Source of the DNA: Camelus dromedarius
Taxonomy: Eukaryota
Direction: 5' to 3'
Length of the DNA stretch: 64,000 nucleotides
Assembly: GCF_036321535.1 (NCBI RefSeq)
Contig: NC_087437.1
Location: 69,938,001-70,002,000, forward strand
Under the pieces are notes generated by a model. The model worked only from the letters and a program-made list of their open reading frames with translations. It searched no databases and had not been told where the DNA came from. The translations under genes and the position numbers were made by a program. This document shows positions 1 through 13,547 of this stretch, piece after piece. Position 1 is the stretch's first letter, and each line of letters starts with the position of its first letter.

Positions 1-174
1 ATTGGATGGCCATACCACATTTTGTTTATTCATTCATAAGCTGATTGACATTTGGATTGTTTCCACTTTTGGGCTATTACGAATAACGCAGCTATTAAAT
101 TTCACGTACAAGATTTCATGTGGCCGTATGTTTTAATCTCTCTTCAGTATATATCTAGTAGTGGAATTACTGGT
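1..174 (-). mobile_element. Old L1 (L1M) 3' region fragment, cut by the window edge
   Basis: Typical antisense L1M text: 'gacatttggattgtttccacttttgggctatta...tatatatctagtagtggaattactggt'. Confidence 0.85.
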
Positions 175-345
175 TAACTCTCTCAGCTTAAATTAATCAA
201 AATACAGGTCATCAAGAGCACAATCTAGATAGAATTTCCACTGACTCTCTCTAATTAGTTATCCCCTCGAAATGGTTTTTACGGTGAAAAGGGAAAATCC
301 AATCTGTAGTTCTTAGCTTCTAGGACTCAGTGACTAGAGGATCCA

Positions 346-350
<5 letters not shown>

Positions 351-392
<42 letters not shown>

Positions 393-428
393 CACATACA
401 CACACACACACTTTACATACACACACAC
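351..428. repeat. (AC)n microsatellite
   Basis: Pure (AC)20 at 351-390, then interrupted CA repeats to 428. Confidence 0.98.
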
Positions 429-2769
429 TGTATATAAGAAAGAGTGATATGGACACAATGTAGTTTAAATCCCCACAGAGACGATAAATATCCTCCTCAC
501 TGCTATCCCAGCCTGACCCAAAGCAGCCTCATTTGAAGCAATATTTTTCTGGCCAGACCCACATCATAATTCACATCACCAAACCAAACCCCTGGTTTCT
601 CACAGAGAAGATCTTCTTCTATTACAGCATTTTTTGTTTGTTTGTTTGTTTTTTAAGAACAAGGCATATAGATTCTTGTTTTGCATTTCTGTAACTGCAG
701 AGTTATTTAGTTAGGTTATGTATACCAAGGGACAAATTTGCCCTAAAGGAGCAATTCCCTTCCTCTTATAAGACAGAAAACTACTTCAACTCTTTCTAGC
801 TCTATCAAGGTTTAGGAAAAAAAAAAAATATATATATATAGCTTGATTTTTCAGCTTGAACATAATGTAAAAATGTCAAAACACACAAATTTTGCTGAGT
901 GGCTTTAATGTCAAATGTAGTGCCCCCAAGGACTAAACTGCACTAAAAGGATTAAATAATGAGTTGATTTATATAAAAGCATAAAAAAAAATCATAGGTG
1001 ATTAAACTATTCCCGGCATCCCCAAACCAAACACTTTCCAGCTTTTTTATTCTATGATTTTCCATTAACTAGGGTTCAGGGGTTTGCCTTTGGGACCACG
1101 TCCTACCCTTTATTTCCCTTCAACTTCCTTCCTTCATGGAGTCCCTTCCACACAGGATATGCTCAGTTAGCCATCTGATGTGCAAAGCCAATGGAGGTAA
1201 TAAAGGCTATGTATTAATAAGTAAATGTCGAAAAAGATTAACTACTTAGTCATGTGTTTCCCAGCCTTTATAACATGTACCACAGTGCCTGGTGCACTCC
1301 TATAATTTCCCCTTCCCCCTGTTTCCCTCAGTCCTTGTTAGCTGTGGTCCAGGGCTTCCCCTGCAGCTTAAGTGAGGTTGCTCTCTCTCAGAACCATCTG
1401 AACATGGCCCATATTGGCTCCCTGCAATTCTGGTTAACAAGTATTTCTGCTCCTCTCCCCCCTGGGACTTTCCTTTGGATTGAAAAATACAAGTTTGAAA
1501 ATATAATGAACCTTGAAGGTATTTTGCCCAGAGGTAGAGACAGTCTTGGAATAAAAAAAGGAACAAAAATTCCCTTCACAGCCATAATGTCTAAAGGCAG
1601 CCTGTCCATCTTAGACATGCCATCTGATCTGGATGACTTACTTGAATTTAACTCATCAAACAAGTTTTGGGTCGGTGTCTGTCCTGCGCTGTGACTTCTT
1701 CTTTCCTTCTTTCCAGTCAGGTGACTGACCTCTTTCCTAAAACTTACCAGTTTTCAACTGTCCACATGGTGGATATCTTTCCCAACTGAAATCTCTAAGA
1801 AATTTGTGGGTGGAACAGAACCCTGTGCAGAACCAAAAGACCAATTGTTCCTTGGTTGTTGGTCCTATTCTTGATGTTGCTCCTTGTCTACCAGGCTTCC
1901 CGACCCCCCTGTGAGCCTGCTCCTCTCATGGGCTCCTCACACTTGCTTGTCTGCCTGGATTTGTGATTTTGATCCACCCACCTCACAAGCTATCCTTATA
2001 CTCTGCCCTTCCTTTCTGGTAGGGAGAGGCCAGTCTCCCTCATCACCCAACAACTGGTTGTATCCATTTCTATCCTCTTACAGAATCATCATTGCTTTTT
2101 TGGTCTGTTCACTTTCCCATGGGCTCTGCCTTGCTCTCCTGGTTCAAATATCTGCTTTGTCTTCATACTTTACTGCTGCTGCTGGTGCCGGCATGACCTA
2201 GAACATTTTACCCTACTTTATCAAGTAGCTGACCTCTGCTCTACCTTAAAAGATACTTGGCCACAATGAATTTAATTCTATTCTCTTTTCATTTCAAAAG
2301 TATCTGTACAGACTTAAGAGGGAGAAAGGGAGAGAGAGAAAAAACATAGAGAAAGAATTTCAGAAGCAGCATTTAAAAATGATGATTTGGAAATTGTCAG
2401 TGAATCTGTACAATAATTATCATGTGATTAAAAAGGTAGAGCTTCTCTAAATCTAGCATAACTTAAATTCCCTGAATTAAGTAAATTCAAATACTATTTT
2501 TAAAAGGGAAATATCCAGAGGATAGAAGGAAAATAATTTGTCTATCATTATATAACATTTTAATATTAATAAATTGACTGATTTTGAAGGCATTAGCAAG
2601 CCCGGTTGTACACATGAAGTTAGAATCAGAGGTACTATCAGATAAAGAGGAGGAAATGAGGCATTTATTCCTTTTTCCTTAACACAGCTACCCTACCCAG
2701 ATGTTAAAATTAAGAGTGAGTTTGTGTTTCACAATTAGATTAGTCAAATATGTTGACCACCATAAAATA

Positions 2770-2990
2770 TAATAGCTAAGATTTCTTTATGTGCCAAGAA
2801 CTGGGTTAATCCAAGAATACTTTTATCAGGTAAGTAATATTATTATTATCACCATTTTAGAGATAGAAGTGCTGCTGCCTGTGATAAATTAATTACCTCC
2901 CTCAATGTCATCCAGCTATGAAAAGCTGGGTTAGTGATTCCAATGCAGCACAGGGTACCTAACTCCAAAATCGGTGCAATTAGCCACTAA
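2770..2990 (-). mobile_element. MIR SINE fragment
   Basis: MIR core-like text 'tattattatcaccattttagagatagaag'. Confidence 0.6.
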
Positions 2991-3028
2991 GAGAATCAGT
3001 AAGAGAATTCTCTGATCACTCTTTCTTT

Positions 3029-3128
3029 ATTTTTTAATTTAACTTTTTTTAATGGAGGTACTGGGGATTGGACCCAGGACCTTGTGCATGCTAAGCACAT
3101 GCTCTACCACTGAGCTATACCCTCCCTT
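3029..3128 (-). mobile_element. tRNA-Ala-derived SINE (camelid vic-1 type)
   Basis: Reverse complement is GGGAGGGTATAGCTCAGTGGTAGAGCATGTGCTTAGCATGCACAAGGTCCTGGGTCCAATCCCCAGTACCTCCA plus an A-rich tail (A box, degenerate B box, AGC anticodon). TSD ATCA(C/T)TCTTTCTTT at 3015-3028 and 3131-3144. Confidence 0.92.
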
Positions 3129-4736
3129 CAATCATTCTTTCTTTTTATCCCTCATATTCCCACACTATGTGTTCTGCCTTAACGTGAAGAAAAACAGCAG
3201 CGTTGATTCATTTGGCTGTGCTGCTCATGTCAGGAAGGAGCAAAGGTTAGGTCAGTGAACATAGTCTTTAAAAAAAATACTATGCAAAAAATGCCTTTTC
3301 CCAAGATATTTATTCCTTACCACCTGCAGAGACTATCAGCACTGGGAGGACAAAAAGCCAGTTACCTGCGCATTTTTCTAGACTTCAAAAGGAACTCATC
3401 ACAATGAATATTCACAAGTCACAATGTAGGGATGAAAAATTAAAAATTTTTATGATACTTCTTAGCATGCTTCATAGTAACTACTACCTATTTGGTGCAA
3501 ATGTTTACTAAATATGTTTGTTATTTGTTAGTGTATATTTTTCTTCAGTTGAATTGCCCATAGTAGGTGTTCTCTTACGTTGGACAGTTTATGACCAGTA
3601 ATCTTATCCATGTGACTTCATCTTTTCCTTTTCCTAATTCTCCTTTGTATCATCTCATCCATCTGTCTCTCAGAGAGCACCCAGCACCCACATTCACTAT
3701 ATTTTCTCAGCATCTTTTTCTCTGCATAATCTTCAGGTTAAACACATTTTCTTTCTGATTTTCTTTTTCTCTGGATCTATTCCCAACATAAATTCAGCAC
3801 TTGGTTAGATTCAGTTATTTAAAGAAGAAATCAATTCCATTCTAAACTCTACTTTTTAATTGAATTCAATTGTAAGTTTTCTCTTGTCTAATTCTATCTT
3901 CTCTGCTCACCTTTTGCACTAATCTTATGTTTTATTTTGTTTTGTTTTTAACCTGGGTCTCCCTCTGTGATCATGTTTACATAAAGCCTTCGTTCATTCT
4001 CCTTGTGTGTCTAGACCATTCTATCTTTGGGAGTAGGTCCACCTATATCCCAGCTGCCTTGTCCATCTGCAACTTCAATAGCCATGTCTGTCTGTCCCTC
4101 TGATCTTCTTAAATGATTTCCCTAAATGATGCTCCCATCCCAGCTGACCTTTCTCCTCTACTTGCTCCCTTTACCCTTGTCTTCTAGAAAAGAACACTGA
4201 CAGATGATATCCATTTACAGTTTCTCTGCACCTTTCTCTGAAGTTCACAGGTATGATTTATTTCAGAACATTCAAGGGATGGAAAGTGACTGTTAGATGT
4301 GGCTGCCCAAGGAGGACCATATGCCTGCCATAAATCCAGAGGAGAGGGTCCTGACCCCTGATCCCTTGCCTTCTTCTCTCAGACTTTATATTAACACAGA
4401 ACAATTTTTTCAATATATTACTCTGACACCGAATTGATGAATACAATTACCTGAAACTTCTACATTTCAAGAACTCAGTATTAAGTTTTATGTGCAAAGG
4501 TAAGCTATTTTAAAAAGCAGGGTGAATACTTTCCTCACTGATAGTCATGCCAAAAATTATATTGTAAAGCTATGCTTTTATTAGGTTGAGCTCTTTATAT
4601 GGTGTATATAGCAGAACTGGAATGAAAAGATTTGGGCAAGTTCAGCATCCATCACAGGCATTACTAGTGGTTTGCAACCTGCCCACATCAGTATCTCCAG
4701 GGAGACAGTGGATTTCAGCTGCTGCATCACCAACCT

Positions 4737-4750
4737 GTTGCCAAGGAAAC
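4737..4750. promoter_or_regulatory. RFX X-box motif
   Basis: GTTGCCAAGGAAAC closely matches the palindromic X-box GTNNCCATGGNAAC. Motif only. Confidence 0.45.
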
Positions 4751-5711
4751 AAGAGAGGGCAAAAAAAAAAAAAAAAAAATCCTCAATGACATTCAATTTC
4801 AAGGCAGTCAAGACACCCCTGAAAAGAATTTCAACAGTCCCATGAAGGAAGCTGAAACAGGCTTCTAATTATAAATTCTAAGCCATCTCCTCTTACAACA
4901 TATTATGCTGTCTGTGCTTAGAACTCAGTCTTTCAGTCATTCTGTTTACGAAGGCATATGTTCCAGACGTCAGAATAGCAAGAGTGCTTTTCTGCAGGAA
5001 AGGGAAGAAAAGAGAGCAAAAGAGAGAGGCTAGGGGAAAAAATGGGTAATGGTGAAGTGGTTAAACACATAGCACACTTCTAAGGCAAATGAAGTCCTAA
5101 GGCCTAACCTAGTAGAGCTGGCATAAATTTCAGTCCAGATTTGTCGGATTTTAAATACATTTATAAGTGTCTTTGTGTTGAAGCTGGTTGAGAAATTCTA
5201 TACACATGCATATATTAGAAAATATGAGAGATCGTTTGGCATTTGTGTTTTTGATTTCACTTTTAGATACAAAATATTCAGGGCAGGACTCTCGAGTCAC
5301 CGCTTTGCCTGAAAGCCAACCCCCACCACCCCACCCCAGTGTACATAAAACACTTCTAATCCATTAGTTTCATAAGTGCTTCTAACTTTCAAATGCATAA
5401 CGGTTTAGCTACAACATTATATTTGAGGACACATAAGTAGTCGTGTGGAAGAATGTAGGCATGTATAACATAGATCTTTGTGAGGACATTGATAAGTTGG
5501 TTGTGTGGAAGCTGCTGGGTATTGATGCCTTGTCCAGAAAGCCCCATTAACCATCCTCGGTGGTCTACCCTGGGCTTCCAATCAGTTCCTTTCTCTCCAG
5601 CAGCTCTTCCCATGCCCACCAGCCTCCTATCTCTGGGATGCTCTTGCTCTTTCAAATCTCTGAGATGTAGAACAATATTCCCAGAGAGGAGTATCTATGA
5701 AATGCCCTAGA

Positions 5712-5815
5712 CTAGTGCTTTCCAAACTTTCACATACACATGGATCACCTCTGATTCACTAGGTCTCGGGCTCCAGTAACCTTCCAGGTGATGCCAAGCT
5801 TCCTGGTCCATGATC
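5712..5815. mobile_element. MER5-family hAT-Charlie MITE fragment
   Basis: 'agtgctttccaaacttt...ggatcacct...ccaggtgatgcc' matches MER5A-type text. Confidence 0.6.
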
Positions 5816-6033
5816 CTAGACTACAAATTCCTTGAAGGCAGCAGTTGATTCTGATTAACATAAAATATAGTGACTAGCAGGATATATTTAATATATCTTT
5901 TTTGAATAAAATTGACCTTATGATACTTCCACCCCACCCCACCTCTACTGCCCTCACCCCCACTGGCAAGTTCTTTAAAAGCTTTACAGAGCTTCAGAAA
6001 GTCATGGTCCAACAGCACTCTGGGCTTACTTCT

Positions 6034-6405
6034 CGTGGCAGAGTCTAGCCAACTGATTGTCACACCTGATTCCTCCTCTTCTGGAGCACAGAGCATGGCA
6101 ATATTTCCCAGCTTCCCTTGCAGTTAAGCATAGCCATTTGACTGCCTTATAGCCAATGTAATGTGAACGTAAGTAACATGTGTGCCCCTTCCCACTGTCT
6201 GTTTCCCTTCCCCTGGTAACCACTAGACCTAAGAGATGGTGTAGTCTACAGGAAGGAAAGAGCCAGGGCCCCTGAACCATCTCTTGAAGGAGAATTCACC
6301 CTCTGATCAGTCACCAATTTCAGACTTTACATGAATGAGAAATGTTTATCATATCTGAACCATTATGCACCTTTTTTGGTTACAGCAGCTATAATTAGCT
6401 TAATT
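6034..6405 (+). mobile_element. MLT1 (MaLR) LTR, old subfamily (I/J-like)
   Basis: 'atttcccagcttcccttgcagttaag...gccaatg...atgaatgagaaat...ggttacagcagc'. Confidence 0.75.
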
Positions 6406-7009
6406 ATGTATTTCTTATAGATCTTATCACATGGTATTATAATTGTCTCTCCCACTGGAATGTGAACTTTCAAAGGTATATAAATTTTTTTGCTACTCTG
6501 TGCATATTACAGTAGGAGGCCAACTTTGCCCTATGAATTAGTAAGTGAAGATGGTGTTATTTAGCCATTCACCTGTTCAACTGATAGAGAACCTGTTAGA
6601 AATATAATTTCACTCTCATGATCCATAAAAAAGAGAAGTAGAGAAAGAATCAAGTTAATTTAGTTATGCTTAGACTGTAGATTCTTTCTTTGGGGCACAT
6701 ATGGTAATGAGTACAGGGAGGAGGAGGCTAAAGATACTGGTATAAAGGCTTCTTTACCTTCATTCATGGCATGTGTGATTTTTCCATGACAGATGAGACT
6801 GTACAGAATGAAAAAGGAGAAACAGAAGGGTGTTGAAAAGTGAACAGAGTCTTCAGAGAAAGTGAATGAGCACCGAGCACAAATGGAAAATTATAGCATA
6901 AACAAAGTGCTTAAGGGGAAAAATATACTTGTATACATATATATGAAACATGTATCATGTATTTTATGTAGGTAGATGTGGCTATATAATCTACCTTTTA
7001 TTTGGGCTC

Positions 7010-7180
7010 ACTCCTTGTGTAGTACTGTGCTAGGCTTTATATACATTATCCATAATCTTTACAGCAATTCTATAAAGGAAGTATTATCCTCATTTTATCA
7101 ACCTGGAAGTTAAGTCTCAGAGAGGATTGATAAATTGTCTGGTGATCTGAACTCATCCATCTGGTTTTAAGCTCAATTTT
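7010..7180 (-). mobile_element. MIR SINE fragment
   Basis: 'tattatcctcattttatc...aagtctcagagagg'. Confidence 0.65.
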
Positions 7181-8499
7181 TTTCCCACTTCATTACATTA
7201 AGCAAATAATATACTTAGAGAGCTATTGTGACAGAATACTTGAAAACAGAATTATCCCAGAAAATTCATGACTTATGATTATTGTATGTACTCTGTGAGA
7301 CTCTATAAGCAACCATGCCAGAGAGACATGTCATGTTGGTTTGCATGCTCCACGAGAGGCAGTCACACTAGATGTGTGAAATTCTCTTGGAATGGCATGA
7401 AGGGTGGGCTCCATGGCTTGGGGATGATCATATGCTTGCTGACACAGTGGCAGAAATGAAATTGTTTGTTCTCTTACTGAAAAAGGAAGTGAGGGCTGTG
7501 ATGGTCATTAGTACATGATAACTTGGGCATGGTATTGAGAAGCAAAACCTCAGGTGTTCTGACCTCTAAACCTCTGCCTTTCCACTAGACTGGCCCTTCC
7601 TACACCTGGAGATGTGGGTCAAACAGACATCTTCAAACTCCCAGTAAATGAGTGGTTTATTGGCTCTTTTATATTCCATTGGGTTAATCTTTTAAACTAT
7701 AATCTGGATACAGTCTCTCAGTTTATTTTCTAATAGGTCTGACTATATATATTGTTATAAAGAAACTCAATAGCTCCCGAATTTCCAAATCTACCCTTTA
7801 AAACTCTATCCTGTATCTTCCAAATCTTTTTCCTCCTTTTATTTTCTAAACTATCCATTTGAAAATGCATCCTTCCTAAAATCTACCATGAATATCCCTT
7901 CATTTTTGCATTGCATGGCATTTTTCAACATCCATCCCAGGTATCATCCTGAGACCTAATCTAAATGGCATTTTAAGCACTGTATTTATTTTTCCTCTTC
8001 TAATTGCAATCCCATTCATAATTCACATCCTACAATTTATTGTATGTGCTTTATCCCCAAACTATTTTGTGCAGGTACATCTTGCTGGCTTAATTGGGTT
8101 ACAAAAACTGGGGACCTTCTTGCCACTATACGTAAGCTCCAGGAGGGCAGGGCCTACACCTTTATAAACCCTTGTAGCTCCTATAGCACTTATACATGTA
8201 CTAACTGTTCATAAACATTTGGAAAAGATGAATTCCACTTCTCTCGCTGTCATATATTACCCAGTACAGTGTTGGGCCCATAGCAAAGCATCTACGCGCC
8301 TGGAAACACCCATACATACAGTGGTATAGTCTAAATTATTCATAGCTGTGTCCCTAGCCCCTAGTACAGGGAATGGTCCATACAGGATATTCAAAAAATA
8401 CATGTTGAGCAAATGAAAGGATATTATGAATATTCATAGCATGGTTTCCCTGTTTTCTTCTTTCATTATTCTACATCTATGAAGGAAATTACATAGTTC

Positions 8500-8648
8500 A
8501 AAGCTTCCCAAATTCTAATGTGCATAAGAATCACCTGGAGACCCTGTTCAAAAGCAGGTTCTGTATCAGTAGATCTAGGGTAGGGTGTCTTTAACGGATC
8601 CTTGATGATACTCAGGTAGTCTACAGATCACATTGTCAGTAGCAAGGA
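8500..8648. mobile_element. MER5A1-like hAT MITE
   Basis: 'gtgcataagaatcacctggag...cagtagatctaggg...agtagcaagg'. Confidence 0.7.
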
Positions 8649-10189
8649 TATAGACAAGCTCAAAAAAGGCAGTGCTTCCACATTTGAGTTGAAATTTACC
8701 ACTGAACATCAGCATATCTTTCATAAAATGTGTTTAAAGATCCTTGCTTTCCAGCCTCTCAGGAAAGAGGTCCTGGGGCACTAAATACACAACATGAGTA
8801 TTATACAGCTATTAAAACACCACCACTAATATCCAATCTTCAGTCTACTAAATAAGCATTGATTAAATCCAATTCTGCTTCAGTATTAAGTCTGGTGGGG
8901 AGACTCTGCCATTGAAAGATCAAACTAATGGTGTTGCCACAGGGTTTTTGTGTATGACAAAGAGGCAATAATATCAGGAAGAATTTCTCAGAAAGATTTC
9001 CAATGGGAATGGAGATTTCCAGCTATTGGAAAAGGATTAAAAAAATACCCAACAACTTTCAGTGCTGTGTGAGAGATAAGCTCATTATTCATTCTTGAAT
9101 TTGTCTTAATGCTAATACCAAAGAATGTCAAATTAACTGAATTGAGTTAAAGTTGTGGGATCAAGGAGAAATTGAATGTAAAGTTTAGCTATAATCATGC
9201 TAAAAGGCAGATAACATTTAAAAATATATCTTATTTTTTCCATATTTTATTTCATGTGCAAAAGTCTATAATCCACCATATCAGCATTTAGAGAAGAATA
9301 TTTATAAGCTGTCATTTGATCACCCCTTATGTTTTCTTAGAAAATAATCTTTTGTAATTACGGTCACTATCTATACCTTAAATATTTTAAAATGCTAATT
9401 GGCACACTCCATGCTATGCAAATCATGGGTAAGGTAGATAATAATAGTTTTTACTGATTATTAAGCAGTGTTGTGCTGTAGGCAAAATCTAAGGGCTCAA
9501 TTCTGTTGTGAAAGGAACTGATTTTTCATTTGTTGTTACTGCGGTAGATGCCATACTAATCATCATTATTGCTGCTATTCTGTAGAAAGGTATCCATTTT
9601 AGAAGTGCTGGGTACATTTTCAGAATGCATAATCAAATTTACTCTACCCATTTGAACACATTATAGGGCATTTCATATCTATTCAGGTAATATTTTGATA
9701 TTGAGCCTCATGTATGCAACTTTACACCATGTCCAAGATATAAATTCACCATGACTATGCCTGAAAGAGCCTAGTGGATAGTTGAGTAGAATAGATTTTA
9801 GGAGATGATATAAATTAGATAGGTCAACCCCATTTTCTTCTCATATTCCTTATCTCTGGCCCTAACCTTCTTTCTGGTCTAATCTTCCTAAAATTCACTC
9901 TCCCATTAATAAGTCTTGAGATATGGGCAGAGGGAAGTATAGAGAAGAGGCAAAGAGAGTGTTGGAAAGTTAGGAGAGGTGGTCAAAAAAGAAAGTTAAA
10001 CAAACAAACAAAAACCAGCAGGTAAGGAAAGTAAGCGTCAGAGAGAGGGACATCTTGTCCCTGGAGAAGCAGGGTAGGGGAAAGAAAGAACCTGGATAAG
10101 GAGAAGAAATAAAGTCTGCTTAGTGAGCTTCTGACATTTCAAGACAGATTTAGACTTACAAGAAACACAAAAGCAGAATGGCAGCTTTC

Positions 10190-10894
10190 ATTCTCTTCCA
10201 CCCACTTTAACCTCCAAAACAAGTTCTTTGGAGATTTTAGTTCTTGGAATACTGTCATTATCCTCCACATTATTCCTGCCATAATTCTTGACAACTTTAC
10301 CATCCACATAGACAATCCCTCTAATTCTCTCATTGTGGTTCCTCCATCAACCCCCGCTTTCAGTTCACTCTCAGACCCTGTCACACTCACTTTTATCTTT
10401 GCAGCTCATTGCTTCTAGAACCTGACTACAACAAGTGTTGGCCATCACTAGATCATGCCACTTTTTTACTGCCTCTCACCCTTCTCGAGTCCATATTTCC
10501 CTCCTTACATAGTTTAAATTCCATAGTTCATCATTAGAATGCATACATTTGCATGTGTTCCCCACTTATTTGCTCCTCCTCCTTTGTCATGACAGCAGCT
10601 TAACAAAATTTCATGGCCAATTCACTTCAATTCTCCATCTCCTCCTTATCTGCACTCCTGTAGCTGAATGACTAGAGAAAGACACATGAAACACTTTATC
10701 ACTGTCTTCAAGCAGGTCTGTAAAGCTACCCCAATTTCGTTGCTCTGTTCACTCTCTCACTCTCCAAGATGGTTATTTCACAGCTTTTCTCTTCCTAAAA
10801 CATCTACCACCTTCTCCCCTATCCTCAATCTCATCTCATGACCTTGCTCCCAGTTCATGGAAAAAAAGCAGTAGTAATCAGAAGAGAATTTCTG
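10190..10894 (+). mobile_element. L2 LINE internal fragment
   Basis: Pyrimidine-rich decayed L2 ORF2-like text, e.g. 'gacaactttaccatccacatagacaatccctctaa' and 'atgaccttgctcccagttcatggaaaaaa...atcagaagagaa'. Confidence 0.7.
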
Positions 10895-11007
10895 ATGTGA
10901 CAATGAATATATATATGTTCATGTATAATTGAAAAATTGGGCTCTACACTGGAATTTGACACAACATTGTAAAATTATTATAAATCAATAAAAAATGTTA
11001 AAAAAAA
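10895..11007 (+). mobile_element. Young, heavily 5'-truncated L1 (3' tip, camelid/artiodactyl type)
   Basis: 'gacacaacattgtaaa...aataaaaaatgtt' plus an A tail. Perfect TSD AGAATTTCTG at 10885-10894 and 11008-11017. Confidence 0.9.
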
Positions 11008-11049
11008 AGAATTTCTGCAGTCATTGGTTCATTCATGGTAGTTCTCACA

Positions 11050-11235
11050 ATGGTATGGTTATTTTTATTCATTTGCTTCTTTACATGCTTTTTGTCTGTC
11101 TTCTCCACTAGACTGTAATTTTCATGAACGTAGAGACCACGTCCTTCTTACGTATTCTTGAATTCCCAGCTCCTAGTGTCGTGGTTGGAAAAATGCTCAA
11201 CAAATATTTATTAAATGAATAAATCAATGAGTGAA
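11050..11235 (+). mobile_element. L2 3' end
   Basis: 'ccactagactgtaa...tgctcaacaaatatttattaaatgaataaat'. Confidence 0.7.
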
Positions 11236-12968
11236 TTACTGAGATAAGATGTAGAGTCATTTATATATAGTTGAGGTTCAGAGTCAGTGGGATTACAAAA
11301 AAAAAAAAAACACACATGGATCAAGGAGAAGACAGTAGATAAAACATTGTAGAAGTAGAACCCTAATATTTATGGAGCAGACAAAAGGGAAAGGGACTGC
11401 TGAAGACAGAGGAAGTGATCAGTGGCTTAAAAGTGAGAGTACTGCTAGAAGAAAAGGGGACAGTAGAACATGCCACGTGCTCCGTTGGATGCCTAGCACA
11501 CAGAACAATGCCCAGGCACTCAAAAAACATATGTGCATCTACAGGATGAAAGAAAGAGAAGAATGGGTTCAACAATACCAAATGTTTGAGGAAATCAAGA
11601 AAGATAAGTTTTTAGTATTTAAGAGGCTACTGGTCATCTTCACAGAAACATTTACTTTCTAATATATTATATAATTAACATGCCTAGTATGTTCATTCTT
11701 AACTGTTTGCCTCCTCTGTTAGAATGTACACTTCATGAGGTTAGGCAATCTTTATTTTACTAATGTATCCCAAGCTCCTAGAACAATCTTGCACAAAGTC
11801 AAGGAGGTGAGTATCGGACATTTTTAAAGCTTTGGTTTATACACAAAAAGGATTGTTTTTCCATAATGTTTAATTCTTTAGAGAGCCCAAACAATAAAAG
11901 CATTACTGTATCATCAGATTAGCCATTGTTCTACCAGTGAATGAGTTGCACATTAAGTGGTTCTAAGACTTGTGCTCATTTCTCCCCACAAATTTACTGT
12001 GTGATCTGGAGATAGGTTTAAATGTCAGCAGCCATGTTTATTGTTCAGTCTGTTCAGTGGAAGTCAGTCCTTTAAATCTCTTATGCAATAACAATAGCAA
12101 AGACCAGATGGCCTGATTTTGTCTTTATCATTGTGGTACATACTCCTTCCTGTTCACGGAAGCTATTGTAGAGAACACGTCACTCCGCGAGAGATTCATT
12201 CAAGGCCCAGAAAGCCTGAACTTTTCTGCAGATCAAGGATTCACCACTTGAAAGAAATCAACAGAAATCTTTTCTAATCAATGGGACTAGTTTCAGAACT
12301 GGGAGATTATTGCAAAACATAATTTACTCCCATTTTTATAAATTAGACTATGTCCCCAAAAACTCTAACTTTTTCTTCATTAATTTTTCTCAAGCTTTCC
12401 TCAGAAACAGATCTCTTTTTTATTTCCTGAATTCAGTAGAGAAATATGAAATGGGCTATTTCATGCTTTTGGTGCTTGACCCTTTCGTAGTTCTTCTGAA
12501 TATATTTTTAGCTTGGTCTTCTTATTACATCTAAAACTGAACAGGCTTTTAAATTGTTTATTTATATATTTCTTGATATTGTGAAAATCGTTCTACGCCA
12601 ATTAGACTATGGTGGTTTGGGATGTAAAGGTGGGGAGGATGGAGACAAGTGGATGGTGTGAGGAAATGTTGAGTTAAATGACTGGGAAAGGAGAATGTAT
12701 GAGAAATTTGGGGAACATTTTGGAGGGAGAAGTAACTGCCTGTGTGGGTGTATGTACATGGAGGTTAAAAATTTTAAGACTGAAAAATGTCTACATCTGA
12801 TTAAAAAAAAACAAAAACAGGTGCATGTCATATATTTAAATGTCAAAAAACTATCACTGCAAATGGTATGAGAGCCAGAAGAATTCAATATCAGAACATA
12901 AGTTCATCAAGACTGTTGAGTGGAGGAGGCATATATTCTGAGTACTCTCCATTGACTGGTCAGCTGCT

Positions 12969-12982
12969 GTTTCCATGGCAAT
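12969..12982. promoter_or_regulatory. RFX X-box-like motif
   Basis: GTTTCCATGGCAAT, one terminal mismatch to the X-box. Confidence 0.35.
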
Positions 12983-13547
12983 CCATGTACAGCTCAGACA
13001 TCTTTTCTCTCCTACCCAATGGTATCACCATTACATAGCAAAGAACAATGCCAAGATTAATAAACAGACATACTTGGTAAATGAAGTTCGGTACTGCAGC
13101 CATCAAGTTGTGGGTGATTATTCTAATTGTCAAGTATCTTCAGTCTATATTAGATCCCCAAACACTGGCAAAGCAGCAAAGAAACCTTATATTTTGTCCT
13201 ATAGTTGGGAAAAATGCTGTTTATCTGGATAATTTCTTCAACATACCACATAGGTTGAGGAAAATAATGGCATGTGCTTTAAGCTGGAAAAAGTGAATCT
13301 ACCAGGGTTTCTTTAAATTTCTCTTTTAGATATATATTTGAATTTTGAATGTAAATGAGTACATTTATCTTAGGTATGTCTGGCACCTGAATAGTTCTTT
13401 CAGACCAAAACCAGTACTCCATACTGTAAATGTGAAAGAGAATAATCACTACTCCTCAGAAACTGGAACCAGAAAGATAGTTTTCTTCCAGAAAGTTTGT
13501 TGCCACTGTTCCCTTTTCTAAATGCACCCAAAATTTCTGAGTCCTCA

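Noticed and set aside
1254..1694. Longest ORF in the track (146 aa) and overlapping antisense ORFs
   Set aside because: Non-ATG start, begins in L2-like sequence, no recognisable domain or exon structure; consistent with chance.
2815..2836. Another AG|GTAAGT juxtaposition
   Set aside because: Short pyrimidine tract and lies inside a MIR; much weaker than the 17488 site.
3053..3126. Apparent tRNA-Ala(AGC) gene
   Set aside because: It has an A-rich tail, a TSD, a degenerate B box and a second dispersed copy, so it is a SINE rather than a tRNA gene.
9106..9116. TTAATGCTAAT, identical to the 5' end of miR-155
   Set aside because: The match stops at 11 nt and I see no hairpin partner.
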